Assembly: GCA_965243205.1 (NCBI GenBank) | Contig: CBDEUK010000002.1 | Span: 384,001 to 448,000, forward strand | Source: Gammaproteobacteria bacterium | GTDB lineage: Bacteria; Pseudomonadota; Gammaproteobacteria; Eutrophobiales; Eutrophobiaceae | Direction of reading: 5' to 3' | Length of the DNA: 64,000 bases | Shown: in pieces, positions 54,241-64,000 of the stretch | Layout: each line of letters starts with the position of its first letter | Numbering within the stretch: the first letter of the stretch is position 1 | Notes under the pieces: model-generated | Told to the model about the DNA's origin: nothing | Seen by the model: only the letters and a program-made list of their open reading frames with translations | Databases searched by the model: none | Translations under genes and position numbers: made by a program

Positions 54241-54753
54241 ATGAAAGATCAAAAACTTGCTGGTGAATTTGCACAATTAGGCTTAGATCATTTCAAATCA
54301 GGCCGCTTTGCCGAAGCTGAATCCTGCTATTCAGAAGCCTTAGATTTAGTAGAACATAAAAACTGGGATTTAGTGGACTATCACGATGAATTTGCCCAAG
54401 TGCTACTGAAACTAGGCAAAGAGCGAGAAGCAAAAAAACAACTCGAAGCCTCCTTGAAAAATGCCATTCAACTGAGTGAGAAAATCACCGACTTTGAAGT
54501 TACACAAGCCAGATATCAATTAGCCGAACACCACAATCAAACTGGTCGCTATCAAGATGCTTTAGATATCGTAAAGCCTTTCCTAGGCAAAGGCTGTGAC
54601 AGTGATTGGATGTTGTACCTCTCTGCAGCAACAGCACTCAAGGCATTAGGTGATGAAACAGGTGCAAAAATATCTGCCCTAGCCGTACTTACCAAAGTTC
54701 CAGGGGATACACGTTATAATATGGAAGAACAGTTAGCCGAGTTTTTGGATTAA
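54241..54753 (+). CDS. TPR-like helical repeat protein
   Basis: LG..HF..GRFAEAE..Y..AL and LA..H...GRYQDAL patterns; track ORF starts at 54187. Confidence 0.7.
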   Translation: MKDQKLAGEFAQLGLDHFKSGRFAEAESCYSEALDLVEHKNWDLVDYHDEFAQVLLKLGKEREAKKQLEASLKNAIQLSEKITDFEVTQARYQLAEHHNQTGRYQDALDIVKPFLGKGCDSDWMLYLSAATALKALGDETGAKISALAVLTKVPGDTRYNMEEQLAEFLD

Positions 54754-55091
54754 CTATTGTATCGAACTCGGGTGCCATGTTTGATAGAAAAATTCAATTC
54801 TTGAGCGGATAGTTCTTTTGGAAAATAACAGCCTGAGATGTTTGCATCGCCAAAGCTGGCTCCTTCTAAATTGGCTTTGCGGAAATCGATGCCACGTAGG
54901 TCAGCCATACGAAAGTACACGTCTTTAAGGTTTAAGTTATCAGCGTTTAGGCCTTGTAAATTAATTCGCGCAAGGTTAGTTCCGCTCAAATCGTATTCTA
55001 CTGATGAGTCACGCTTTTCGTTAAATGTTTTAATTTCTTCCGTTCTTAATAAAACGAACATATCGTCGTCTAAGATTTTTGGGCTGCCCAT
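54750..55091 (-). CDS. Pentapeptide repeat protein
   Basis: DLSGT-NLARI-NLQGL...ADLRG-IDFRK-ANLEG-ASFGD-ANISG; GGAG RBS before ATG 55091. Confidence 0.85.
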   Translation of the reverse strand: MGSPKILDDDMFVLLRTEEIKTFNEKRDSSVEYDLSGTNLARINLQGLNADNLNLKDVYFRMADLRGIDFRKANLEGASFGDANISGCYFPKELSAQELNFSIKHGTRVRYNS

Positions 55092-55129
55092 TGTAGTCTC
55101 CACTATCAATTATCATAGTCGTTGAGAAT

Positions 55130-55156
55130 TTATCGGCTTTTTTTGAGTAAACTTGA
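55130..55156 (-). promoter_or_regulatory. Sigma28 (FliA) promoter
   Basis: TCAAGTTT-N11-GCCGATAA, one mismatch to TAAAGTTT-N11-GCCGATAA. Confidence 0.75.
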
Positions 55157-55170
55157 TTAATTTTTAGGCG

Positions 55171-55824
55171 TTAACAACATTCCTTGCCCTGTACCCATCG
55201 ACAAGTTGGCGTAGCCAATAACATACCTAAAATAGGTGCAGCTATATAAACCCAGACTGTTTCAATATTGCCTGAGACAACGGCTGGCCCAATAGAACGC
55301 GCTGGGTTCATCGATGCTCCAGTCACTGGGCCTGCAAATAAGGCTTCTAGAGCTACCATGCCCCCTACAGCAACGCCAGCCATAATACCTTTTTCCATGT
55401 GCCCTGTAGAAATGTTTAAAATGACAAACATTAGAAAGAACGATAAAAATACTTCGAATACAAACGATTGCAGTATGTTACCACTAGGTAAGGTTGAGCC
55501 CAGGGTTTTATGTTCAGGAAATAATAACCATAAAACTAATGCAGCAAGGATAGCGCCGATTAATTGTGCAACGATGTATGGAATAACTAGTTTCTTTTCT
55601 AAACGACCTGCTATGTAAAAAGCGATTGTGACCGCAGGGTTAATGTGTGCACCAGAGATATTGCCTATGGAATAAATCATCGACATTACGATTAAACCAA
55701 ACACCAAACTTACACCCACATGTGTGACTACACCCCCATGCAAATCATTGGTAATGATTGCGCCACAACCGGCAAAGATTAAAGCAAAGGTTCCAATCGC
55801 TTCAGCAACGTATTGATTATTCAT
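55171..55824 (-). CDS. MIP/aquaporin channel, NIP-like (AqpN-type)
   Basis: SGAHINPAVT and GASMNPARS NPA boxes; C-terminal CC. Confidence 0.92.
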   Translation of the reverse strand: MNNQYVAEAIGTFALIFAGCGAIITNDLHGGVVTHVGVSLVFGLIVMSMIYSIGNISGAHINPAVTIAFYIAGRLEKKLVIPYIVAQLIGAILAALVLWLLFPEHKTLGSTLPSGNILQSFVFEVFLSFFLMFVILNISTGHMEKGIMAGVAVGGMVALEALFAGPVTGASMNPARSIGPAVVSGNIETVWVYIAAPILGMLLATPTCRWVQGKECC

Positions 55825-55898
55825 TTTGTATAGGAAATAGATTAGTTTTAATAAACAAATTATGCGTTACGGTAACATACTTGGTTTAGAATTAAGCT

Positions 55899-56090
55899 AT
55901 GCATTTATTACAAAACATAAGCCGCTATTGCCCTTACTGTGGCGAGTTGATCGATTTTTTAGTCGACTGCTCTATTGAACAACAACAATACACTGAAGAT
56001 TGTCAGGTATGTTGTCGTCCTATTATTGTTTCGAGCAATATTGAAGCAGGAAAAATTATAACCCTCTCAGTAAATCGAGAAGATGATTAA
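55899..56090 (+). CDS. CPXCG-motif cysteine-rich protein
   Basis: CPYCGE...YTEDCQVCCRPI. Confidence 0.88.
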   Translation: MHLLQNISRYCPYCGELIDFLVDCSIEQQQYTEDCQVCCRPIIVSSNIEAGKIITLSVNREDD

Positions 56091-56113
56091 GCTGAAAACG
56101 CAGAAAGATAGCT

Positions 56114-56932
56114 TTAAGCTGGTGTAGGATGCCACCCCGCATCCGCCCATAACTCACCACTCACGGCTGAATTTGCAATCATAAAGCAAATTGCATCAGC
56201 AATTTCTTGAGGACGAATTAAACGTCCAAGTTGAGTATCTTTTAAGATATATTTCTCGATGTATTCCTCACCTAAAGCTCTAACCATTGGTGTATCTGTA
56301 AATCCTGGATGAATCACACCACAACGTACACCATGAAAAATAGCTTCTTTAGTTAAGGTAGCAGCAGCACCTTCTAAACCAGCTTTGGTTGATGCGTATG
56401 AAACTTGACCTTTGTTACCTTGTGATGAGATTGAGCCAATAAAGATTGCTGTACCCTGCACTTTCTCATCAGGATGCCATTTTTTTAAACCATTGGCTGC
56501 TCTGTATTCAGCAATTCGCGCGATCATTTCCATGGCCCAATAAACTGGCGCAATTAAGTTTACATTCACAACTAATTCAAATTTTTCTTGCGCATACATT
56601 TTAGCTTTGCCGCTTTCTTTATCTACTTTTACGGCTAGAGAGTCGCGGGTTATTCCGGCTGCAGGAATGCAAATATTAACGATATCGTGTTGTTCACATA
56701 ACTCATTGAATACTTTTTTACGGAAATCTGTATCAGTGGTATCACCTTGATAAGCGACAGCTACTTCCGAGTTAGTTTTTGAATTAATCGTATTGGCTAC
56801 TTCGTTGACATTATCACCCATATCAACCAATGCTATTTTTTTTATTCCTCTTTCTGCTAATTCAAAACAAGTTGCTTCACCAATTCCACTAGCAGCTCCA
56901 GTAACAACTGCAACCTTATCTTTAATAATCAC
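56114..56932 (-). CDS. Short-chain dehydrogenase/reductase
   Basis: TGAASGIG, AAGITRD, GQVSYASTK (YxxxK), PGFTDT. Confidence 0.9.
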   Translation of the reverse strand: MIIKDKVAVVTGAASGIGEATCFELAERGIKKIALVDMGDNVNEVANTINSKTNSEVAVAYQGDTTDTDFRKKVFNELCEQHDIVNICIPAAGITRDSLAVKVDKESGKAKMYAQEKFELVVNVNLIAPVYWAMEMIARIAEYRAANGLKKWHPDEKVQGTAIFIGSISSQGNKGQVSYASTKAGLEGAAATLTKEAIFHGVRCGVIHPGFTDTPMVRALGEEYIEKYILKDTQLGRLIRPQEIADAICFMIANSAVSGELWADAGWHPTPA

Positions 56933-57004
56933 ATTAACCTCGCCGTATTATTTTTAACATCGATAGTTACAGTATATATTGCATTGCAACAATAGCAAAT
57001 GAAA

Positions 57005-57793
57005 TTATGAATTAGTTGTTGTAGGCAATCTGTAGATAGAGGTTTCTATTGAACCGTTAGTGAATAATTTAAAGTATCGAAAACCTGGCGTTAAATCATC
57101 GGTTTCATAACTAGAAACTCCAGGCTTGAACTGAGCACAAGTCGATGGGCTGCCTATAAAATGAACACCATTAAGATCTTTATAAAAGTCTTGATGGATA
57201 TGACCGCAGATAACTGCTTTTACATTGGGATAATTTTGAATTAAAGAAAGAAATTCATCACGGTTAATCAAGATCATGCTATCCATCCATGATGAATCAA
57301 TAGAAACTGAATGATGATGTATGGCTAATAAGATATGTTTATCATCAATTTCTTGTAGAGAGCTATTCAACCAATCTAATTCATCAGCAGTTAATTCACC
57401 AGAATGAGTATTTGGCTTATAACTATTGAGTAATAAAATAGCCCAATTAGCAAAATCTATTTGTTTTTCAGAACTTAAATTCTCTGAATTAAGATATTGT
57501 TCAATTAACTCAGGTTCGTCATGGTTCCCTGGCAAACAAAAAACAGGAATGTTTAAATCGTTAACCATGTTATAAAATTTTTTATAACTGTCATAGACAG
57601 GATCTTGTGCTATATCACCCGTTACGATCATTAAATCTGGCGGCCATACATCAGACCCTTGGGCTAGATCAAGAACTTGCTGTAAACTTTGTTCTGTATT
57701 GTAGCCACTAAATTCTGATTCAGAATCTCCATAGATATGCGTATCCGTGATTTGGATGATAGAAATATGGTCTGATGATTTTGTTTTTAGCAT
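57005..57793 (-). CDS. cpdA: 3',5'-cyclic AMP phosphodiesterase (class III)
   Basis: QITDTH, TGD, PGNHD, HHH, WMD, CGHIH, PSTC.QFKP. Confidence 0.88.
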   Translation of the reverse strand: MLKTKSSDHISIIQITDTHIYGDSESEFSGYNTEQSLQQVLDLAQGSDVWPPDLMIVTGDIAQDPVYDSYKKFYNMVNDLNIPVFCLPGNHDEPELIEQYLNSENLSSEKQIDFANWAILLLNSYKPNTHSGELTADELDWLNSSLQEIDDKHILLAIHHHSVSIDSSWMDSMILINRDEFLSLIQNYPNVKAVICGHIHQDFYKDLNGVHFIGSPSTCAQFKPGVSSYETDDLTPGFRYFKLFTNGSIETSIYRLPTTTNS

Positions 57794-57831
57794 AATGAAA
57801 ATAAATTTTATATTGAATATAGGACAATCAT

Positions 57832-59217
57832 ATGACAAGTGAATTAAGAATACAGGACTTGTTAAAAGCAACCAAACCTGAACAATCGATTACTGTTCAA
57901 GGGTGGGTGAGAACAAAACGTGAAGCAAAAGATTTTATTTTTATAGAATTAAACGACGGCTCATGTTTAGCAAATATACAAATAATAGCTGCAGATAACT
58001 TGAGTGATTATGAATTGATCAAAAAAATCAATACCGGTTATTCAATCAAAATCGTTGGCGATTTAATCGAATCACCTGGGAAAGGTCAAAACTGGGAAAT
58101 ACAAGCCAGTAACATCGAAATACTTGGAACAGTTACAGAAGATTATCCATTACAAAAGAAACGTCACTCAGATGAGTTTCTTCGAACCATTGCTCATCTA
58201 CGACCAAGAACGAACAAGTACGGAGCAATGTTTCGCATTCGTTCTAAATTATCTTTTGCTATTCATCAATTCTTCCAAGAGCGTGGCTTTAATTGGATCC
58301 ACACTCCAATTATTACTGGTTCGGATTGCGAAGGCGCAGGTGAAATGTTTCGCGTAACAACCTTTGATTTAGACAATGTTCCTAAAAAAGAAGGTAAAGT
58401 AGATTTTGCGCAAGACTTCTTTGGTAAAGAAGCAAATCTAACCGTATCTGGCCAGTTATCTGGAGAAATGTATGCCTTAAGTTTAGGGAAGATCTATACC
58501 TTTGGTCCTACATTTCGTTCAGAAAATTCAAATACCTCAAGGCATATGTCTGAATTTTGGATGATAGAACCTGAAATGGCCTTTGCCGATTTAGCGGAAG
58601 ATATGCGTTTAGGCGAAGAAATGATCCGATATTTAGTTAAATATGCAATGGAAGAATGTTCAGAAGACTTAGAGTTATTCGCCAAGTTTGTTGATAAAAC
58701 ACTAATGACTACATTAAGTAATATCGTTGACAATGATTTTATTCATTTACCTTACACTGAAGCCATCGATATCTTATTAAAGTCAGGTAATAAGTTTGAA
58801 TACCCTGTTGAATGGGGTCACGATTTACAATCTGAGCATGAGCGTTTTTTAACCGAGCAACATTTTAAACAACCAGTTATCGTTACAGATTACCCAAAAG
58901 ATATAAAAGCATTTTATATGCGTGTTAATGACGATGATAAAACTGTTGCCGCTATGGATATATTGGTTCCTTCAATTGGAGAAATCATCGGTGGCAGTCA
59001 ACGAGAAGAACGTTATGATGTATTGGTCAAAAAAATAAACGACTTGGGTTTTAATGAAGAAGATTATTGGTGGTACTTAGACTCACGACGTTATGGCAGT
59101 GTACCTCATGCGGGCTTTGGTTTAGGTTTTGAACGTTTATTAATGTTAGTCACAGGCGTTAATAATATTCGTGATGTGATCCCATTTCCAAGAACACCAA
59201 AACATTTAGAGTTTTAA
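57832..59217 (+). CDS. asnS: Asparagine--tRNA ligase
   Basis: [55 protein letters not shown]. Confidence 0.96.
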   Translation: MTSELRIQDLLKATKPEQSITVQGWVRTKREAKDFIFIELNDGSCLANIQIIAADNLSDYELIKKINTGYSIKIVGDLIESPGKGQNWEIQASNIEILGTVTEDYPLQKKRHSDEFLRTIAHLRPRTNKYGAMFRIRSKLSFAIHQFFQERGFNWIHTPIITGSDCEGAGEMFRVTTFDLDNVPKKEGKVDFAQDFFGKEANLTVSGQLSGEMYALSLGKIYTFGPTFRSENSNTSRHMSEFWMIEPEMAFADLAEDMRLGEEMIRYLVKYAMEECSEDLELFAKFVDKTLMTTLSNIVDNDFIHLPYTEAIDILLKSGNKFEYPVEWGHDLQSEHERFLTEQHFKQPVIVTDYPKDIKAFYMRVNDDDKTVAAMDILVPSIGEIIGGSQREERYDVLVKKINDLGFNEEDYWWYLDSRRYGSVPHAGFGLGFERLLMLVTGVNNIRDVIPFPRTPKHLEF

Positions 59218-59223
59218 ATTTTA

Positions 59224-60822
59224 TTATTGTTGTTCTATTTTTGAAGACTCATCACGCGGAGGTAGATAACCTATTCTAAAGCCACCCCAATGTTTACTAT
59301 TCACATAAATAGGTGCAGATAGATCATGCATAACTTCGCCTGTGTCTCTTACATAGGTTTGTAATAAAAACGTTTTCGTGTTTGAACCACAACGTCCACC
59401 AGTTCTATCATCAAATACGCGCTTAGTACGATTATTTTTTAAATCTATATCATAGTCGCCAGTTAATGGCTTACTGAATCTATCATTATGTGTTGGAAAA
59501 TAACCATTAATATCCACTGCACCTGCTAGAATAAAGTATGGATAATCTACCAATAATTTTTCTTGTATTGGCGGCAACACATTATCTGTAAATTGATCAT
59601 ATTTAGTATGAAACTTTACGGGATTGGTATTGGGTATTGATTGATAATTTTTATCAAATAAATCTTCCTCAGTGATCTGGCCTTTTTGAATTGCATCTTC
59701 AAATAACTGCCCAACTTGTTTTGCAGTACTAATAGCAATTTCTTGGACCGTATCGTGTATGGTTCCTAAGTTATAATCACTATTTGCATCATAGATATGC
59801 TCAGCGTTTTCAGATAAAGAAATAGCATCTTGAGAAACTTTACCAGTTTCCTTATTAATTAAATCGAATGCGTCACGTATAGAACCAATTTCATTTCTAA
59901 CTTGATTAACTGAATTCAAATGTTCATCCATGATTGTACTGATCTTTGCAATCATATCATTTGAGCCAATTGCTTCACTATTAATAGATTCCAATTCATT
60001 ACCAATTTGTGAAATTTGCATCACAACCAGTTCAACCATTTGTTGAAAATTGATAATTTCTTCTCGAGTTTGTTTTGAAACACCAACCACTCGTTTCAAT
60101 TTATCCTCAATGTTATGTGTATAAGTTGAAGATTTTGTGGCTAACTCTCTAACTTCATCTGCCACAACAGCAAAACCTCTTCCTTGTTCTCCTGCTCTAG
60201 CAGCTTCTATAGCAGCATTTAATGCCAATAAGTTTGTTTGCGCAGCAATATCATCAATAACAACTGTTATTCCTTTAATATCTTGCACGTATTCATCTAA
60301 TTCTTGAATACTATTCGAAGCTTGTTCAACGTTACTTTTTAAATTTAAAACACCACCAGTAATATTTTTAATATTACTAATTCCTTCAGCACTGGCTTGT
60401 TTGGTTTTTAAGGCCGATTCAGATGCCATTTGAGCACTGGCTACAATTTGATTTGTATCATTTGCAAGCTCTTCGGCGGCAACCGCGACATTCGTTGTTC
60501 GATTAAATTGATTTGAAATATTTTGCTCAAGTGAAGACAGGAAATTAGATATTTTTGCACTCGAAGCTGCAACGTTTAAGCCTATTTTTGATGAACGGCA
60601 CATAGAGCCGAGTATGGACACACGTTTGCTTACTAAATTAGTAAACAAGCCTGTCACAAATTTGCTTCTAAACAATGGAGCGCTTGTATTAATGTCATTT
60701 GAGTTAAAATAGCGTTCTAATAAAATCGAATCTGACTTTATTTTTCCTACTATTAGGAAAACCATCGACGCTAAAACTACTGTAACTACAAATAACAAAA
60801 CGAAAAAAATAATGATTTCCAT
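59224..60822 (-). CDS. Methyl-accepting chemotaxis protein with one N-terminal TM and an extra C-terminal domain
   Basis: [34 protein letters not shown]; about 170 aa after the signalling domain ([28 protein letters not shown]). Confidence 0.93.
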   Translation of the reverse strand: MEIIIFFVLLFVVTVVLASMVFLIVGKIKSDSILLERYFNSNDINTSAPLFRSKFVTGLFTNLVSKRVSILGSMCRSSKIGLNVAASSAKISNFLSSLEQNISNQFNRTTNVAVAAEELANDTNQIVASAQMASESALKTKQASAEGISNIKNITGGVLNLKSNVEQASNSIQELDEYVQDIKGITVVIDDIAAQTNLLALNAAIEAARAGEQGRGFAVVADEVRELATKSSTYTHNIEDKLKRVVGVSKQTREEIINFQQMVELVVMQISQIGNELESINSEAIGSNDMIAKISTIMDEHLNSVNQVRNEIGSIRDAFDLINKETGKVSQDAISLSENAEHIYDANSDYNLGTIHDTVQEIAISTAKQVGQLFEDAIQKGQITEEDLFDKNYQSIPNTNPVKFHTKYDQFTDNVLPPIQEKLLVDYPYFILAGAVDINGYFPTHNDRFSKPLTGDYDIDLKNNRTKRVFDDRTGGRCGSNTKTFLLQTYVRDTGEVMHDLSAPIYVNSKHWGGFRIGYLPPRDESSKIEQQ

Positions 60823-60850
60823 TTGCTATTCCTTTTATTTTCTAACATTG

Positions 60851-60878
60851 GAATCGGCATTTGGATGAAAAAGCTTTA
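60851..60878 (-). promoter_or_regulatory. Sigma28-like promoter for the MCP gene
   Basis: TAAA-N16-GCCGATTC. Confidence 0.55.
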
Positions 60879-62774
60879 AATATTTTTAAAAAAACTCTCT
60901 ATATCTTCAATTTTCCGTGTAATTGTCATATTTGGTAAGCTTTTCATAAAGATACGACCATAAGATTTAGTGGTTAGGCGAGGATCGCAAATCACTAATA
61001 CACCTGAGTCCGTTACGTCTCGAATCAATCTACCAACACCTTGACGTAAAGAAATTACTGCTTGAGGTAATTGATGCTCCATAAATACATTTTTCCCTTG
61101 CTGTTCCATTAATGCGCCTCTAGCTTTGAGCACTGGATCATCTGGCATCGCAAAAGGTAACTTGTCGATAATCACACAACTAAGCGCATCACCTTTTACA
61201 TCAACACCTTCCCAAAAACTGCTAGTGCCAAACAACAAACCATTTTGGCTCTGCCTAAACGACTCAATTAATTGTAATTTTGGAGCATCACCTTGAATAA
61301 AACATGGATAACTCAATTGTCGTTTAACTAAATCAGCTGCTTCTTTTAAAGCCCGATGGCTAGTAAATAATAGAAAAGCTCTACCTTGACTTGCTTTTAG
61401 AACAGGAATGATTTTATCAACAACTGTTTTAGTGAAATCGGCTTGTGATGGTAAAGGTAAATTGGTCGGCAAATATAATACAGTTTGTTTTTTGTAATCA
61501 AACGGACTTGGCCATTGTTTGGCAGTAACTTCTTCTAAACCTAATTGTTTTTTAAAGTGATCAAATTTCTCACCTACGGCTAAAGTTGCAGAAGTATAAA
61601 TTGAATTACATTGGTAATGTTTTAATCGATGTTGAAATTCTTTGGAAATATCTAATGGTGTTTTATGTAAAAAAATACCTTTACCCCTAATTTCAATCCA
61701 TTTCACATTGTCTGTATCTTTAGTTTCTAAAAAACCATCTAACCTATCATTCAAAAGTAACGAACGTTGATAACAACTTTCTAATTCTTTACCTCGATCT
61801 TTAATCGATTCAATTGTTTCTGAAAATTCGATCAGCTTTTCCAATAAACCATTTAAACTATTTTTAATCGCATCATCATTAACTACCTTATGCCATTCTA
61901 GTTTCAAATCATTGGTTTTAAATTGTTCACGTAGAGTACGTGTTGCTGTATCTATCTGATAGGTTTTATCCATAAAACCTTTAACGTCCCAGGCTTCTTT
62001 TTGATAGGCATTACGCGTATCTTCACTAAGATCCAAACATTGTCTTGCACTAAAAGTTGTACCGAAGAATTGCGATGCTAATTCAGCTAACTGATGAGCT
62101 TCATCAAAGATAATACTATCTATGTTTGGCAATAGCTCACCAAAACCAGTTTCACGCAAAGCCATATCCGCTAACAACAAATGATGATTAACCACAATAA
62201 CATTTGCCTTAGCCGCTCGTTTACGTGCTTTCAGTACAAAACAATCTTCATATTCAGAACATTCTTGCCCTAAACAATTATCCGTAGTTGAACTTACCCA
62301 AGGTTTGATTTGTGAATCTTCTGATAAAATTTCAGTTAGATCACCCGTTTGAGTTTTATGAACCCAAGTCTGGATATCATATAACTCCGTTTGAAGTTTT
62401 GGAGATTTTAATATTTCATCCGCAAATTTATGTCGATGTAAACATAAATAATTACTGCGACCTTTTAATAAGGCAACAGTAGTTGTCGCTTTTAACGCTT
62501 TTTGAACGGTTGGTAAGTCACGATGAAAAATTTGATCTTGTAAATGTTTTGTACCAGTAGAGATAATGACTTTTACATCGGCCATCAATACAGGAACTAA
62601 ATAAGCGAAAGTTTTACCGGTTCCCGTGCCCGCTTCACAAATAACCGACTCATCATCTAATAATGCAGCAAGGATCGTATCTGCCATTTCTTGCTGCATT
62701 GGGCGAGACTTGAACGAATCAATAACAGCCGATAATGCACCTGAATCTGAAAGAATATCACTAGCTGAATCCAT
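60876..62774 (-). CDS. yoaA: DinG/YoaA family Fe-S ATP-dependent DNA helicase
   Basis: EAGTGTGKT, LKGRSNYLC, DEAH, TSATL, FWEGVDV, IDKLPF, QGVGRLIR. Confidence 0.92.
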   Translation of the reverse strand: MDSASDILSDSGALSAVIDSFKSRPMQQEMADTILAALLDDESVICEAGTGTGKTFAYLVPVLMADVKVIISTGTKHLQDQIFHRDLPTVQKALKATTTVALLKGRSNYLCLHRHKFADEILKSPKLQTELYDIQTWVHKTQTGDLTEILSEDSQIKPWVSSTTDNCLGQECSEYEDCFVLKARKRAAKANVIVVNHHLLLADMALRETGFGELLPNIDSIIFDEAHQLAELASQFFGTTFSARQCLDLSEDTRNAYQKEAWDVKGFMDKTYQIDTATRTLREQFKTNDLKLEWHKVVNDDAIKNSLNGLLEKLIEFSETIESIKDRGKELESCYQRSLLLNDRLDGFLETKDTDNVKWIEIRGKGIFLHKTPLDISKEFQHRLKHYQCNSIYTSATLAVGEKFDHFKKQLGLEEVTAKQWPSPFDYKKQTVLYLPTNLPLPSQADFTKTVVDKIIPVLKASQGRAFLLFTSHRALKEAADLVKRQLSYPCFIQGDAPKLQLIESFRQSQNGLLFGTSSFWEGVDVKGDALSCVIIDKLPFAMPDDPVLKARGALMEQQGKNVFMEHQLPQAVISLRQGVGRLIRDVTDSGVLVICDPRLTTKSYGRIFMKSLPNMTITRKIEDIESFFKNI

Positions 62775-62817
62775 TAGCTAAATACACCTTTTTGAATATA
62801 CAAAATAAATCTCTCTT

Positions 62818-63306
62818 CTATTCCTGATTACTCCATACACTATCAACTCGTCCTTCTTCTGTTGTCCATACTAGATCGGCAATGATTTTAAACCTCGCCA
62901 AAGTCAAGCTACCTCGTTTATTCGGTGTGCTTTCAGCTAAAGCTGATTCAATTTCGTCACGATGGCAAAAATAAATTTCGACTGATTCAAATTTATCATT
63001 CATGACGACTAGAACAATGCCATCCCATTCTTGTTCTAATTTTAATTGTCCTAATCGATGCCCTGATTTAGTTTCATCAAAAATAGCACGACCTTTTATT
63101 TGAACTTTAATTTCTTCATCGTTATAGCTCATTAAAGCATCATAACCGTTTGCGTCCTTGTCAGCGTTTTTAAGTTTTAATAAATGAATAGCATCGTTAA
63201 TGGCAATCTCAGCAGTGATCGGTAATGTTTTACCTGTTGCTTCACGATAATCCACCGCTAATTTTCTAGCTTCAGCCGTTAATTTATTAACATCGAAAAT
63301 TGCCAT
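62818..63306 (-). CDS. Hypothetical protein, possible PD-(D/E)XK-like fold
   Basis: EIA...GYDA...KVQIKGR spacing; co-oriented between epmA and the helicase. Confidence 0.65.
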   Translation of the reverse strand: MAIFDVNKLTAEARKLAVDYREATGKTLPITAEIAINDAIHLLKLKNADKDANGYDALMSYNDEEIKVQIKGRAIFDETKSGHRLGQLKLEQEWDGIVLVVMNDKFESVEIYFCHRDEIESALAESTPNKRGSLTLARFKIIADLVWTTEEGRVDSVWSNQE

Positions 63307-63315
63307 ATTAATTGA

Positions 63316-63999
63316 TCACGCTTGAGTTGAAGAGAAACATAATACCTGATTAATGTCTTCGAGTTTAAGAATTGTCATTAATAATCGATCTATACCAATA
63401 GCAACGCCAGCACAACCTGGTAAATCATTCGTTGTATTCAATAAATGTTTATCCATAGGTCCATATGGCAAATTATTTTTTTTACAATACTCAATATCAT
63501 TTTCAAATCGTTGCTTTAGTTCGCTAGCATCATTTAATTCATGATAAGCATTGGCAATCTCTAGACCATTGATAAAAACTTCAAACCGTTCTGAAACTTT
63601 ATAATCTCCATCATAGCGTACTTTAGATAATGCTGCTTGCTCTGAAGGATAATCGTATATAAAACACGGCTGTTCAATGCCAAGCTTTGAAATAACCAAT
63701 TGGCTAAATAAAAAATCCAAATATGTATTTCGATTGGATCCTGTGTTGTGAAAACCAAGAGATTTTGCCTTTAGCATTAATTCAGATGTTTTAGCTTGGA
63801 ATGGATCAATTTCGCCGTATTCAATAAAGGCAGCTTGATAACTTTTTCTCTCCGCGGCTTTAAATCCTAATTGCACAAATAATTCGTTTAATTCATTCAT
63901 TAATTCATGATGATCAAACCCTACCCGATAATACTCAAGCATTGTAAATTCTGAATTATGCAATCGACCGATTTCTTCATCTCTGAATACGCGGCATAT
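63316..63999 (-). CDS. epmA: EF-P beta-lysyl ligase, 5' part outside the window
   Basis: Frame stays open to the window edge: ICRVFRDEEIGRLHNSEFTMLEYYR; ERFEVFINGLEIANAYHEL; CAGVAIGIDRL. Confidence 0.92.
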   Translation of the reverse strand: MCRVFRDEEIGRLHNSEFTMLEYYRVGFDHHELMNELNELFVQLGFKAAERKSYQAAFIEYGEIDPFQAKTSELMLKAKSLGFHNTGSNRNTYLDFLFSQLVISKLGIEQPCFIYDYPSEQAALSKVRYDGDYKVSERFEVFINGLEIANAYHELNDASELKQRFENDIEYCKKNNLPYGPMDKHLLNTTNDLPGCAGVAIGIDRLLMTILKLEDINQVLCFSSTQA

Positions 64000-64000
64000 C

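Overview
AT-rich gammaproteobacterial chromosome segment. Most of it is core genes: maeB, pgsA, uvrC, yccA, pntAB, serS-fluC-rarA-lolA-ftsK, trxB, aat-bpt-infA, kdsB-ycaR-lpxK-exbD-exbB-comEC, lolC/E-lolD, tsaB, cpdA, asnS, a DinG/YoaA helicase and a partial epmA. There are five tRNA genes: Leu-TAA, Cys-GCA, Gly-GCC, Arg-TCG and Ser-TGA. Two accessory regions stand out. (1) Positions 1-3840, abutting the 3' end of tRNA-Leu, hold a umuC remnant and an eroding integron-type cassette array. It has one well-formed attC, several decayed ones and no integrase in the window, and three of its genes encode VPLPA/PEP-CTERM-type surface proteins. (2) Positions 15.5-19.7 kb hold a tightly packed operon of three apparently exported enzymes: a lipase-like lipoprotein, a RoxA/MauG-like di-haem cytochrome c and a small catalase-fold protein with a non-canonical distal residue. 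I infer a candidate lipid-oxidation (oxylipin-like) pathway. Also seen: a set of sigma28-like promoters (BLUF, PAS-GGDEF-EAL, MCP, pentapeptide and GspG-like genes), an NtrC-like/IHF/sigma54 promoter layout, and a split glyW-cysT-leuZ cluster. All calls come from motif reading by eye, with no database searches. Several start codons were moved from the ORF track to better-supported positions.
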